This document shows positions 12,956 to 26,528 of a DNA stretch of 64,000 nt, one piece after another. Every line of letters starts with the position of its first letter. Position 1 is the stretch's first letter. The stretch spans positions 129,704,001 to 129,768,000 of the forward strand of contig OZ024740.1 in the NCBI GenBank assembly GCA_964016885.1, given 5' to 3'. The position numbers were made by a program, and so were the translations under genes. This DNA comes from Eledone cirrhosa. Lineage: Eukaryota. Below the pieces are notes generated by a model. That model was not told the origin of the DNA and did no database searches. It saw nothing but the letters and a program-made list of their open reading frames with translations.

Positions 12956-14179
12956 ATTTTTACTGTTACTGTTGTTTTTGTTGTGCTTGCTACATTTCAT
13001 ATTGTTTTTACTATTTTCGACATCAATTTTTACCAAATATTTTGACAGGTACCTTATATTATTGACAGTAATATTGAAATTGTATTACAACATATTGATA
13101 AAAGTTACAGTAATTTGAGAAACCAATGTAATCAATACAGTACTAATACGAATACAAACATGTGCACACACACAAACACACTCAAATACATATGTACCCA
13201 TTAAACGTTGCTATGATTTTCTATATATCTGTCTATTTATGCAAACCTCAATCCTTTTATGTTTCTATTTTCTTTCCATCTATACATCTCTGTGACACAG
13301 GCCATCTCTCTCTCCCTCTTTGCCGATCTATTGTTTACGGTTATCTCTATATACATATAACTAGTGACCTATTCGACATCGTCATAAATGTTCTTAAAGG
13401 GATGTCATGTCTCAAACACCAAGACATGCGCGAGTTTTAAATACAAATACCTCTATTGACAGATAAGCTCTAGGATGCGTTTAAAACATTCTATCAAGTT
13501 AAGGCATGATGCAGCATTAGAGGAACGTTTTATCACATCCACTTCTTGCAGTTAGAGTTGTTTAACTAAAACACTTCGTCATATACTCTTTGATTGGCAC
13601 TGTATAATTTCTGGCTTGGAATAATTCTAGCCAATTAACGATGTCTTGAGTGTGAACATGATATGATAGACGAGAACAGATTGACTACAATAAATATCTA
13701 AATTGAGCTTAAAAGTAGGTCACGAGTAAAAAGCTAGCTATAAAAGCGTTTCAATGATTATCTTGAAACACTGAAAATGTCCGCTTTCCAGCAGAGGAAA
13801 TGCAAAGAATGCCGGCAGGTCTCGTGATTTCTTACAACTCAACATCTTACTGAGTTCTCTAAGCTCCCATCAGTATTCGTTACTGTGAGCAGATATACGT
13901 GCATAGCTCGATAGCAAGTGTTAAACATCTACAGCTGGGTTATTACATCCCTCATTGAAATGTACCCACCTATAGGTGACCATCGCTAACAGTAATAAAG
14001 GTGATTCTTTATCGACATCGACGGACTATAAAGAAGTGCATTTGGTGTTTGTAGTATATTGCATTGTTGGGCATCCTAATACTCAGGTTCCGGCGGGAGA
14101 TCAGGAATATATCAGTATAGAATACTATTTGTTCCACAAGGCAATTCTCAATTTATTTTGGCACAGATACTAGTATGGA

Positions 14180-14347
14180 TGGCAGTATCAGTGGAGGGTC
14201 GGATGCCATGCTTTGCAGCATAGAGATAAGGCCCTTTAAGATATGAAGTCAAATCCCGCCGAGGTTAACTTTGCGTTTCATCTTTACGGGATCGATAAAA
14301 TAAAGTACCAGTAATGCTGGCCTTGTACCAAATTCAGAAACAATTAT
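14180..14347 (+). mobile_element. tRNA-derived SINE, same family
   Basis: Reverse complement of 8686-8866; tcaaatcccgccgagg...tcgataaaataaagtaccag. Confidence 0.75.
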
Positions 14348-15401
14348 TCCATTTGTTTCATCTATTGAGACAGTGTAACCATGTTTTCATATACTTGATT
14401 AAACGAAAGAATGTACATTTTCACAAGAGTTTTGCATAGATACGTATGCAGCTATTGTAAATAAAATTGTAAGGATGTGCAATCAGACATAGTTTGTAGG
14501 GATTAATATAAACGTAGGCACATACATTCATATACATATATATAATTATAATAATACAATGTATAGTTATGTATATACTATAAACAACTATAAACATGAA
14601 AGGTCAGTAATTTCCTACTACCTATTACCAGTAAGAGAAATAGCTCAATGTAAGAACATCAGTTGTTTTACAGAGCAGGAAAATAAATTAGACAATTATG
14701 AAAGTTATGTTCAAATCATTTAACTAACTTAAATCATTCAATATAAACATTAACTAAAATATAATTCAACAAATGTAATGGAAATGACTGCAGTAACTTT
14801 GTTTTCCTCAACACATACACATTCGAACACAATCAACATATTACATCCGCTTAGATTTGAATACATTAACCTATTTGCTTACCATACAGTATTTATTTAT
14901 CTATATATGGATAATACCTTTGCTTATTTCCTTCTCATATATATGACTAACGCCTGTGCACTTTCTACAAGGTTGCATATGTACTGCTAATGTACTATTC
15001 TCTCTCAATGCTTCCTTCAAAATGACTCTTTAATTATTAGACTATTCTTTTGTATTATCCGTTGCATGTATTCCAATCTGTGCTTTTAATTTGAATTATT
15101 GTACAATTCTTGTATAATATATGTCGCATCCAGTACACCCTTAAAGAGGAAACTGTTGCTCACAGCATCTATATATATGTATCTATATGATTGTTCAGTT
15201 GAATAGGAGGTTACTTATATGTACAAACCCTCCATCTCTATTCTACTTTTGAAAAGCACAAGAACTGCGGAACCGTTAAAGAAACCAGATAAATATATTT
15301 TAAAAAAAAGACATCAGTTGCATTTTTGATTTCATCTTTTTTCCTTATACATTCACTCGTGTAGGACACCTCGTTTTTTTTATTTTGTAAAAACATCTCA
15401 C

Positions 15402-15454
<53 letters not shown>

Positions 15455-15458
<4 letters not shown>

Positions 15459-15794
15459 ACAGTATTGAAGTTTGCTTGAAGCATTGTGGAATAATAAGGT
15501 ATATTCCTTTAGGTCGTTTTCGAAGCCAATGCAGATGGGTAAATCTCCGGGTAACAAGATCCGGTTGTGGAGAGAGAGAGATGTAAGTGAATGTAGGTTG
15601 AGATGTGTAGCGTGTAGAAGAATGTAGGAAAGAGCGTAAAGGATAAACATAATAACACTAGATAGAGATACCTTGGGGCAGATTTAATTGTCCGTATATA
15701 TTTCGGATTCACATCCTTCAACTAGGGCCTTTTCGGGGGGGGGGGGGGTTGTCTGTCGGGAAGGTGCGAAACGTGTCCTCCGCTGTTCGTTGTT

Positions 15795-15800
<6 letters not shown>
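15455..15800 (-). mobile_element. Solo pLTR fragment of the Penelope-type family at 55-57 kb
   Basis: Matches 56870-57200 and 55068-55140; flanked by (TA)n. Confidence 0.8.
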
Positions 15801-15836
<36 letters not shown>

Positions 15837-15851
15837 TAATATTAACTTGAC

Positions 15852-15907
<56 letters not shown>

Positions 15908-15909
<2 letters not shown>

Positions 15910-16095
15910 AACAAATTAGGAAAATATTTGACACCGACGGCAGAGCTCAAGCCGTTTGGACAGCTATTTCTGGACTAGGTCCAGAAATAGCCGTCGTGGT
16001 CAAACATTTTCCTATTACCCACTCTACTGCCCTCAGTATTGAGTACACTGGTGCGTTATCGTTCAACTGGTTCCTTACCACACCAACTTTGTTAT
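15908..16095. repeat. PLE-pLTR-like fold-back fragment (same family as 21730-21915)
   Basis: Inverted head plus shared tail ttcctattacccactctact...ggttccttaccac. Confidence 0.65.
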
Positions 16096-16519
16096 ATATA
16101 GAACTATGCCTGTAATAACATTTTTTTCTTTCACATTGACTTATTATCCTCCACGATACAACCCTTTATTCTTTTTTCTTTTTTCTTTTCACTTCATAAA
16201 CCTTGTTTGTAATTAACATTTTTCTATCTGTACCATTTATTTAATATGTCCAACACCACCATTCTACACCAATACTTATTATTATCATTTGATAATGCAT
16301 AAACATGCTGAAACCGTTAGTAGACAATTATTAAATATATAAATAAATAAATGCCATTGTTAATTAATAAATACATCAACTAAAACTTTAACACATCACA
16401 CAAAGTAAAATATTTCGTTTTAATGATTTTCTAACCCAGAGAAAAAGAGAGAAATAAATAAAAAAGAAAATAATAATGTTCTCCCTAATAATCGTATTTT
16501 TCTCCCTGTTTTCATATAT

Positions 16520-16893
16520 ATATACGATATTAACAAATGGAAACTATATTTACAAAACCATATCTATTTTATTATACATATTTCAAGGATACCATGTTAA
16601 ATTATGGTATGCTTTCATGTTAAATTATGATGTCTTCCAAAAGAAACGGTTGCATTTTGAAAGGGTATGTCAATATTTATTTATAAAACTGGTATATATT
16701 GTATTTTGTCTGATGAAAGCATACCATAATTTAACATGGTATCCTTGAAATATGTATAATAGAATAGATATGGTTTTATGAATATAGTTTCCATTTGTTA
16801 ATATCGTATATTTACTCCAAATATTTGTCGAGCGCTTTATATCAGTAATAAAAATATTTGCTTGTTGTATCACAACAATTTAAATAGAACTTT

Positions 16894-16897
<4 letters not shown>
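16520..16897 (+). mobile_element. Non-coding PLE-pLTR-like insertion with inverted head
   Basis: 16520-16618 is the reverse complement of ~16713-16810; family also at 17513-17690 and 25615-26078. Confidence 0.8.
16702..16766 (+). ncRNA. Type I hammerhead ribozyme (family 2)
   Basis: TATTTTGT-CTGATGA-AAG.ATACCAT..ATGGTAT.CTT-GAAA-TATGTA-TA-ATAGAATA. Confidence 0.8.
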
Positions 16898-16992
<95 letters not shown>

Positions 16993-17064
16993 TGTGTGTG
17001 TGTGTATATAAGGGTATGCGGACAGTTCATAGCCTGACCATCAAGGAGCGATGCTAGAACTGTG

Positions 17065-17357
17065 GATACGTCCCTTTACGATCTGAGTTCAAATCCCGCC
17101 GAGGTTGACTTTGCCTTTCATCCTTACGGGGTCGATAAAATAAAGTACCAGTAATGCACTGGGTAATTGCTGGCCTTGTGCCAAAAGTAGAAACAATTAA
17201 TTATAAAACTTTCCAGCATAGTTACGTACCTTTACGATCTGAGTTCAAATCCCGCCGAGGTTGACTTTGCCTTACATCCTTACGGGTTCGATAAAATAAA
17301 GTACCAGTAATGCACTGGAAATTGCTGGCCTTGTTTCTCGCGTAGAAACAATTAATT
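17065..17357 (+). mobile_element. Two tandem 5'-truncated SINE copies
   Basis: tttacgatctgagttcaaatcccgccgagg... at ~17075 and ~17230. Confidence 0.75.
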
Positions 17358-17555
17358 ATAACACTTTTTATGAATAAATGCATTGTTTCTTTCCAGGGTC
17401 CATACAGAAAAATAAGCCTGATTTGATCATTCAATGAAATTATATTGGTTAGTCTACGATATCTTCAGCCTGCCTCGTATGTATATATATATGTATACAT
17501 ATATATATACAAATACGATATTAATAAATGGAAACTATATTTATAAAACCATATT

Positions 17556-17620
17556 TATTTAATTATACATATTTCAAGGACACCAAGTAAAATTATGGTG
17601 TGCTTTCATCAGATAAAATA
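17556..17620 (-). ncRNA. Type I hammerhead ribozyme (family 2)
   Basis: Minus strand: TATTTTAT CTGATGA AAG...CTT GAAA TATGTA TA ATTAAATA. Confidence 0.72.
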
Positions 17621-17712
17621 TAATATAGAACAGTTTTATACATAATTATTGACATACCCTTAAAGAATGCAACCATTACTGTTGGAAGCCCCCGTATATA
17701 TATACATATATA

Positions 17713-18610
17713 TTTTTTAGACTATACAGAACATTTGAGGCTTTTCCAAATTATAGGATGAGTATTTAAACTTTATTTTATTCTAAGTTAAGGCTCTATT
17801 GATTTTTCCCTGGATTTCACAAAATTCTGTGGATGAATCTATGTCTTGATATTTTTTTTATTGAGTTTGAATTATTTTCCCATATCCTTACGTTAACTAT
17901 TTTTCCATTTTGACGTTATAGTCAGTTATATATTATGAAATACTGTTGGCTTCACGCTCACAATAATTTATGCACTTTCAATTATATTTATACTCGGAAT
18001 CTTTTTCCTAGAGTGCTTAAAATTATTTGTGACTAATCCCGGTATTTATTTTTTTTTAAACCGCGATAATTTTGCTTTTTTGCTGAACTCCTTACATTTG
18101 TAGAGTTTTTTTAGGAATGTTCTTTGGCTGCTGTTTCCTGTAAACAGACATTTGTCTCATTCTGACGTCACCAGACATGTTTTTCCATGTGCGTTTATTT
18201 TCATAATTACGCATGATGTAAACTAGCCTGCTTTTAAATTCCCTTTTGACATATTATAACAGTGATCCTAGGGTTATCATGGTTTTGAGCTCTGCTGATG
18301 ATCGACTCCAACCGTGATCATCCCCACTGATAGTTTCTTGAAATAGTCTTTTTAAGACTATACAGAGCATTTGTAGTTTTTCCAAATTGAAAGATGAGTA
18401 TTTAAACTTTATTTTATTCAGAGTTAAATCTCTATTGTTTTTTCCCTGGATTTCACAAAATTCTGTGTATGAATCTATGCATTGATTTTTAAAAAAATTG
18501 AGGTCGAATTATTTTCCCACATCTTACGTTAGCTATTTTTCTATTTTGACGTTATAGACACTTATATATTATGAAATACTGTTGGCTTCACGCTCACAAT
18601 AATTTATACA
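17713..18610. repeat. ~260-bp direct repeat pair (17713-17972 and 18350-18610); a fragment recurs at ~40722-40770
   Basis: Shared agactatacaga...tatgaaatactgttggcttcacgctcacaataattta. Confidence 0.8.
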
Positions 18611-18616
18611 CTTACA

Positions 18617-18682
<66 letters not shown>

Positions 18683-18732
18683 ATTTTCACCCGCATGGAT
18701 TTTGTCTGTTATATTCCTTTGTTATATTACGA

Positions 18733-18784
18733 ATACCTGATGATATCACCGGATTCATACGGATCCCGGTCATTGAAATGATCT
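18733..18784 (+). ncRNA. Hammerhead (family 3) interrupted in stem III by an LTR element
   Basis: ATAC-CTGATGA-t-ATCACCGGATTC..GGATCCCGGTCAT-t-GAAA-TGATC|; sequence resumes at 21500; uninterrupted homolog at ~53234-53292 (-). Confidence 0.65.
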
Positions 18785-21499
18785 TTTAGGAAATGACTGT
18801 TTCTCTTTGTTGAATATAAGTCACCAATTTAGCGAAGAAGTATTTAGAAGTTGGTAAGGTTGCCACGAGGATCCAGGTTTGATAGAAAGATGTGATAGGA
18901 ATATCGACAACGACTTTAGCTTGGTTTTACATTATTTATTAACAGAGGTTGAGCTGGCATGCCAAGAGAAATAAAACAAATCAATTAAGATTACAAGAGA
19001 AAATACGGGCGACTGGCTGAAGGCGTTTGGCTAGGCTCGTAGGTAATGTTTTGTCGTTACATATTGTTTGTGCTTACGGAGCAAAATAACACGTGGTGTT
19101 TACCTTAGCACGGCCTAGCTGGAAGAGATAGCGTCCTCAAATCTTTGCGGGCTATTTCTCCCTCAGAACGCGTAGGGATACATCCTCTTCTACTGGCGCT
19201 GATTGGCTGAGCTGAGCATATCACGCACAGAGAATGTATGTGAGCCCGCGGAATGTAGGTCACTACATCACCTCCGAGCAGATTTTTAGCCGAAAATCGT
19301 TAACGATGAAGCCGAGGACCCACAGATTATTGAATCAGCAAGAACAAATGCTGAAAGAGCACATCAGTGAAAAAATAATTAACCCGAAAGATGCATGCAA
19401 GAAAAAAAAAATGAGGCGCGGCGGGCCGTGTTGAGCCGCTGTCAAATGACTAGCTGTTTTGTAGTTTATACGTGACCACCAAAGGTCTACCAGAAAACAG
19501 ATAAATTCTGACATGGGCGAAGTTGCTGTCCTTGCATTAAATGTTAATGGTAAGTGTTGTACCAGTAGCTGTGGACGAGGCTATTATGGTAGTTTACCAG
19601 TGCTGGCAAGAAGATGATGGGTAGGCCAGAAAATGTTGGCCTCCCAGATGTATTGCCGAATGTGCTAGAGAGCCAGGATAAAATGGCTGGTTGCTTTGAT
19701 AAGAAAAAAAGCAAGCTGAATCTGTAGGTTGGTTGCAGTTCCATAATTCGGGCGAATCCACAGAAGTGGTGGAAATGCTGACAAGTCCAGTTCTATTTGT
19801 TGTTTTCCCGGTGAGTTGGGTAAAATAACAAGATATAGGTTGTTATGGACGATGAATGTGCAACGAGATGCGAAACTGTTTGAGTTCAGCTGCAATTAGC
19901 ATTCTCGTGTTGCGGTGCAGGTGAATTAAGCTACAAGTGTCGATAGCATGTGTTGGTGCCTCCAGAAGGTGAAAAGGGATCTCGCAGAATATTACGACGC
20001 TTGAAGATCATATACTATAGACAACAACATGTTGGTGTGTATATATATGCAGGCATGTAATACAGCAAAGAAAATGTGTGCGTGCGTTCACATATACAAT
20101 GATAGAGAGAAATGAATTTTCAAATAATACAGTTTAAAAAAAATAAATGTCCAAAATAAATGCCTGAAAAAAAAAGGAAGAATGAAAGAAATATTTTCTT
20201 TTCTTTTAACAAAAAGTTCGCTTCTTTTTTCTTTGGAAACGCTCTTACTAGAGTTGTTGTTGTTAAAGCAAAGTCACAATGAATCTTCTGTAGAGTAGAA
20301 GTCGAGCGTTGAAGAACGCAGAGTCACCAAATATGGCAGCCACGTCTGACGCCATAATGGTGATAAAAACTAATGTCTTAATTTCTCGAGTCCTTGTGGT
20401 AACGAGACAGAAGGTATGGTGGTTGCGTCAGTAAAATCACAAGCGGTTTCCTGGTGTTGGTTAATAGTTAGCCATGTGTTGCTGCTGTTGGGTGGTACTT
20501 GGTGGTAGCCGTTTTGAAATATCCTCGTGGCGTAAAGTTTTTGAAATACTGCTAATTTTTTTTCCAAACATATTCTAAAGAAAATTTGAAAATATTCTAA
20601 AGAAAAAATATTATTTTCCATGATGGCCGATCGAAAACTGTGTCCGTGATGAAGAAGCCGTCATGTAGCACGAGGCAGCCAATCAGACGGCTGGGATTGG
20701 AGAAGACAAGCTGTACGCGGGAAAAAAAAATTTCTCAGTCTCCATTTGTAATTTCAACAGAACGTCGAACGCAAAATTCGACACCCAGAGAAATCCTTTT
20801 TCTTTTAATTAATTTTTTTGTGTGTTGTATTTTTGTGTTTGTCTGTATGCGTGCTTCAACAAATGGAATATTATGAATGTTATGGACTTACGCTAAGTGA
20901 GTCTAGCTACACGATTCGAACATTCCAAATGTTAAGCCATTCCACATTGCCGTTAAAACGAATGGCGAATTCAAATAGGCTGCGTTTTCAAACTTAATCG
21001 TCGAAGGTCATCAATAAAGGAAAAAAATGTTTCTTTTTGTTGAATATAAGTCACCAATTTAGCGGAGAAGTATTTAGAAGTTGGTAAGGTTGCCACGAGG
21101 AACCAAGTTTGGTAGAAAGATGTGATAAGAATATCGACAACGACTTTAGCTTGGTTTTACATTATTTATTAACAGAGGTTAAGCTCTCATGCCAAGAGAA
21201 ATAAAACAAATCAATTAAGATTACAAGAGAAAATATGGGCGACTGGCTGAAGGCGTTTGGCCAGGCTTTGTAGGTAATGTTTTGTCATTACATATTGTTT
21301 GTGCTTACGGAGCAAAAGAACAAGTGGTGTTTACCTTAGCACGGCCTAGCTGGAAGAGATAGCGTCCTCAAATCTTTGCGGGCTATTTCTCCCTCAGAAC
21401 GCGTAGGGATACATCCTCTTCTACTGGCGCTGATTGGCTGAGCTGAGCCAAATCACGCACAGAGAATGTATGTGAGCCCGCGGAATGTAGGTGACTACA
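18785..21499 (-). mobile_element. Non-autonomous LTR retroelement (LTRs 18785-19267 and 21015-21499), 4-bp TSD ATCT
   Basis: ~485-bp direct repeats starting TGTAG on the minus strand; PBS-like TGATGACCTTCGACG at 20999-21013; ATCT at 18781 and 21500; no RT/IN ORF. Confidence 0.85.
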
Positions 21500-21731
21500 A
21501 TCTTATTATAATAAACCTTTCAAGGATTTAAACAAGTCCAGCCTCCTGTTATTTTATTATAATAATTAGCTCCGTACTCGCACCACCAACTACACAAACA
21601 AAGAGGAGCGAGCTGCATTACGTTTAGTACTCTCCATAATATTACATCGAGATTGACCATACGGAATGACCAATTCTATCCAGTGGTGAGCCAACAAACC
21701 TAAATAAATATATAATAAATATATATGGCTA

Positions 21732-21805
21732 AGCTCAAGCCGTTTCGACGGCTAATTCTGGACTAAATATTTAGTCCAGAATTAGCCGTCGAAGCGGCTT
21801 GAGCT
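21732..21805. repeat. Near-perfect ~74-bp palindrome carrying the 3' half of a hammerhead
   Basis: agctcaagccgtttcgacggctaattctggactaaat|atttagtccagaattagccgtcgaagcggcttgagct. Confidence 0.85.
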
Positions 21806-23593
21806 CAGCCGTCGGGGTCCTACTCGTTCCTATTACCCACTCTACTACCCTAAGTATTGAGTACTTTGGTGCGTTATGGTCCACCTGGTTCCTTACCACA
21901 TTTCCTTCGTAATAAATATATATAGACATATAGAGGGGGGGGGGGGTATGTATGTATCAAAAATCAATATTGAACAATGTGTTTGGGAATTTGTTTTGTT
22001 GTTCTTTAGACCTAGATCAGTATACAGCTATGAAGAATATCATTATAGACTTAAGTGTCTCCTATTTTGTTCACAAAATATGTATCTAGTATTACCTAAT
22101 GCGAACTAGCTTTCTTACGATGCTAATATGAAAGCCATTTAATTCACATTATCTTCTCTTTATTTCCATATTTGCACGAATACGTAAGAAAAAATTGTTG
22201 AAAGCTCATCTACAAAGGCTTGCTAGGCAAAATGACAGATGCTTGAATTGAGTCAATGTTTAGAATTTGCAGAAGAAACCATATTTTCGATTCTCTTACA
22301 TAAAGATGATAATATCTTGATTCTTCTAAATCCATACATATTGCTTTATGTTATTTCGACCAGGGTTTCAAATGATGGGAGCTTTATCAGTTGACGGTGG
22401 ATTTCAAATCTTTGATTTAAATGACAATCCTACATAGCTAATTCCTGCGATTCACCATCATGAACTGTTGAAATGTTGGCGATGACGTATCTCTATATGT
22501 AAGCATTTAATGATATCCTTAGCTTTCCAACATCTTGGCAGGATACATACAAGGCTGCTGCAATCCAAATATATTCAAACAAGAGATTTGCAAATCTCGT
22601 AATTCTAGGAAACAATCATTATTGTTACAAACACACACACACACATATTTACAAGTATATCTACGTGTACGTGTGTGTGTGCGCGCGCTCGCATGTGTCT
22701 ATTTCTTTTATGTATACATCAAAAGTATGTTTACATACAAATCCTTTACATAACAGAGTTTGCTCTGCTAATAATTTTATAAAGTCAATCTGAACAATCA
22801 AATAGTCCTACACATACACTCTATGTAAATATAGTCCCACACAACAACAATAACATTATATACAGAGGACCGTCCTCAACAATGTACAGTCTTATTACAT
22901 ATATAAATAATATAAACAATGCTGCTAACGAAAATACATTCCGCATTCTGAAAACCAAAATGATTAAAAAAATTGTTAACGAAAACACCAAATCAAACTA
23001 TATAACACAATCTAATCACTCTTCACTTTCAAAAACGAACTAAAATTAAATATATGTTCGACAGTTATTGAACATTAGAGTTATTTTAATTTAGCTTGTT
23101 GAGCGTTGTAACTAATTAGAAGATAAATTGCAATGCAATAAATTTCGCTGTGCTTTGCAATATTTCTAATGGTGGGAAACAAAACCAATAAACAAAAGAG
23201 CAATACAATGCAAGGAAACAAAAATACAATAACAACATAATGCTACAATTACGAACACATCTCTCAAAGGTAGGAAATCACAGACATATTCACAAACAAC
23301 AGCGAGCACCAAGACAAATACGAACAAAAAACAAAGAAATTAAGAGGTATGAGAACGAATATAATGCAATAATCATTATGAATATTTCTCGGTGATTTGT
23401 AAAATATTCAGATTTTGTTTACTCCTCCTATAAATTTATTACTCTTTTTATTTCAATATTTGTTTTCTATATTTAAACTGATTATTGCATCCCGTACTAT
23501 TCAGAAACATATCACAATGGCTTTTCAATTATTGAATAAATTCAGGTACATTCAAGCATATCAATTCAAACTAACAAACACATCAACATATTT

Positions 23594-23677
23594 CTCCCTC
23601 TCTATGCCTCTCTCTCTCTTTCTCTCTCTCTCCCTCTCTCTCTCTCTCTTTCTCTCTCTCTCTTTCTCTCTCTCTCC

Positions 23678-23728
<51 letters not shown>

Positions 23729-23729
23729 T

Positions 23730-23764
<35 letters not shown>

Positions 23765-23782
23765 TATATATTTATACCTATT

Positions 23783-23810
<28 letters not shown>
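23594..23810. repeat. (CT)n/(TA)n compound microsatellite
   Basis: Seen directly. Confidence 0.95.
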
Positions 23811-23814
<4 letters not shown>

Positions 23815-25573
23815 GTGTGTGTGGGTGTGTCATAAAATGAACCAACATTGTCATTGTCATTCTGAAAGCTGAAATTAATATTCCTCTTTTAGCCAACGGG
23901 GGATATCAAGTGCTCTACCAGTATTGTATACGATTTCACACATGTACAGATTAAGCAACCAAGTACATATTTGTATACCATGGCAGTAACGAGTATAAAT
24001 GCCGCAAAATGGAGCAGGCATATACCTCGTTTATCAACTCAACGTATAAAGGATTAGCATATATAAAAAAAACAAACATATTTGTCACTGATATAGAGAA
24101 AATCTCAATAAATGATGATTAAACATATTTATTTCATAGAATGGCGAAGGCGTTGGTGGAGCAGGCCTGTTTAAGGTCTTTCTAAAAATAAACTACCTAT
24201 AACTAACTTTGTATAGATATTAATGGAGAGAACTGGTGTACTTTTAAATATTTCTGGTGTATCTTGTGAGCACATCAAAACTTTTGTTGTTAGAAAGTTG
24301 CGCACTTCACGATTTTAAACGTCCTCGTTTCTGGACTGTCTCCGAATATTTGAATATGAAAATTTGAATGAGGAGATGTAACGTAGTCTCAGCTAAAATA
24401 AAGAAGAAATGTAATCAATGACAGGTCTTGAATTGTTTTAGATTCATCCGAAACTATTATAGTTATATATTTAGTCATCTAAAAGTGAAGGAGTTGGCAT
24501 ATTCTTATGAACAGTAATCGATATATTCATACATGCAAAATTATCAACATATATGCAAATAGAACTGTGTATACACAAGTCATAGGCGTTTTTTGCATGA
24601 TGGTTTCGCTGCTTATGCATAGAATTTCATTACCTCCATCTGTTCAAAAAGGGGTGGACACATGCAAGCTCTCACAAACATACACGGGAACACACGCACA
24701 TGTATATATACATGTACACACACTCACGCACACATAGATACATACACACACATATATATATATATATACATCTACCCCAAGAGCATCATTTTGTAGCTAC
24801 TCCAAAACCGGAGTTTAAATTCAACGTTCTAGATATCAAATAATGTATTTGCAGAGATGCCGTGAATTACCCCTAGATTATACATTCTACAGGAGAATAT
24901 ATTTCATACGAGCTCAGAGTTAGTATTACTATTGTATGTTATCGACACAATATGGCAGCCGCGAGAAGCTTGAAGGAGAGGTCTTGAAATCATCGTTAAT
25001 CGTTTAATGAGACAGACAAATGTAAGAGCATAGCAATAACTAAGTTAATAAAGTAACATAAACATAGCATTTTATAGAGCAGTCCTTTCCCTGGTCGATA
25101 ATGAAACAGCATATCTGTACTAGTTTGGATTTGATTGCAATATATGTAATCTACGCATACAGGGAGGCATAGGGATCATTGGCACAGGTAATAAATAGAA
25201 GAGCCGATTTATTTACTGCAGGACTCCGCGAATTATCGAAAACCTACTTAAAACTCTATAATTATTATCTACCACTCGTGCACACTACAATAGAATAGAT
25301 CTTAAATGCACTATGACTGAAACTCGTTTTCTGGTACATAGTTCAGTTAGTAGATGACCTAATTAGCTAAATAACATGGTATAATATCTCTGGATGTATT
25401 AATGATAAACTAATTCGACACTGGAATCATTACTATTCATTTACTTTTTCCGTGTACATGGCCGTACATGGTCTCTGTCATAAATGTACATAAAGGAAAT
25501 TATTTGATAAACTGAAGTCTGCATATGCAGAATCGCTTTTTCATATCGAGAGTGAGAGAGGGCGAAGATAAAG

Positions 25574-25618
<45 letters not shown>

Positions 25619-25650
25619 TAAATGGAAACTATATTTATAAAACCATATTT

Positions 25651-25714
25651 ATTTTATTATATATATTTCAAGGGCGATCAAGGTGAATTATGGTGCGCTT
25701 TCATCAGATAAAAT
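25651..25714 (-). ncRNA. Type I hammerhead ribozyme (family 2)
   Basis: Minus strand: ATTTTAT CTGATGA AAG...CTT GAAA TATATA TA ATAAAAT. Confidence 0.75.
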
Positions 25715-25877
25715 CCAGGTTTGTTTTATGAATAAATATTGACATACCCGGAAAAAAGACAACCTCAACGGTTGAACTTTTCTGTCCAGCAAATTTCAAT
25801 TTGCTATCCAGCAAATTTCAACAGTTGCGGTTGTCTTTTTTCCGGGTATGTCAATATTTGTTTATGAAACAAATCTG

Positions 25878-25943
25878 TATTTTATCTGATGAAAGCTCAA
25901 CATAATTTACCTTGGTCGCCCTTGAAATATATATAATAAAATA
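25878..25943 (+). ncRNA. Type I hammerhead ribozyme (family 2)
   Basis: Perfect 8-bp stem I TATTTTAT/ATAAAATA; CTGATGA at 25886; GAAA at 25924; palindromic TATATA; AUA site. Confidence 0.8.
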
Positions 25944-26077
25944 AATATGGTTTTATAAATATAGTTTCCACTTATTAATATAGTGTGTATTTACTCCACT
26001 AACATTTTGAGAGCTTTACATCAGTTATAAAAACTTTTAAGTTTGTTGAACCCCAACAAATTAAATATAACCTCTGC

Positions 26078-26158
<81 letters not shown>

Positions 26159-26186
26159 GAGAGAGAGACACAGAGAGAGAGAGAGA

Positions 26187-26244
<58 letters not shown>

Positions 26245-26404
26245 AATGTGCTCTACGAGTCTGTATCTTTGAAATAAAGTCTGAAATTGTGACTTTACTA
26301 CTCAGGAATTATTGTTACTTCTAGTGACGTAACTGGTGCTGTTTCGAACTTCAAAGAGAAATATGTAATATGCGATGAGAACATGCATGGGGGATAATAT
26401 ATAA

Positions 26405-26528
26405 CCGTTTCTACTTTTGGCACAACGCCAGCAAATACCCAATACATTACTGGTATTTTATTTTATCGAATCCCGTAAGGATGAAAGGCAATGTTAACCT
26501 CGGCGGGATTTGAACTCAGATCGTAAGA
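26405..26528 (-). mobile_element. SINE copy
   Basis: ttttatcga.tcccgtaaggatgaaaggc...ggatttgaactcaga. Confidence 0.7.

Larger units (their letters stand above)
25615..26078. mobile_element. Fold-back PLE-pLTR-like insertion (family 2) with arms of ~160 bp
   Basis: 25615-25775 is inverted relative to 25820-25980; (TA)n on both sides. Confidence 0.82.

Noticed and set aside
15243-16326. HHR-like relics at ~15245 (TTGAAAA..GGAACCGTTA) and ~16289 (TTGATAA..GAAACCGTTA); also ~42793 and ~48700 (-)
   Set aside because: Two or more core changes, weak stem I and single copies; too degenerate to call
8686-26528. tRNA genes at GTTCAAATCC B-box matches
   Set aside because: No cloverleaf; all are followed by the SINE core
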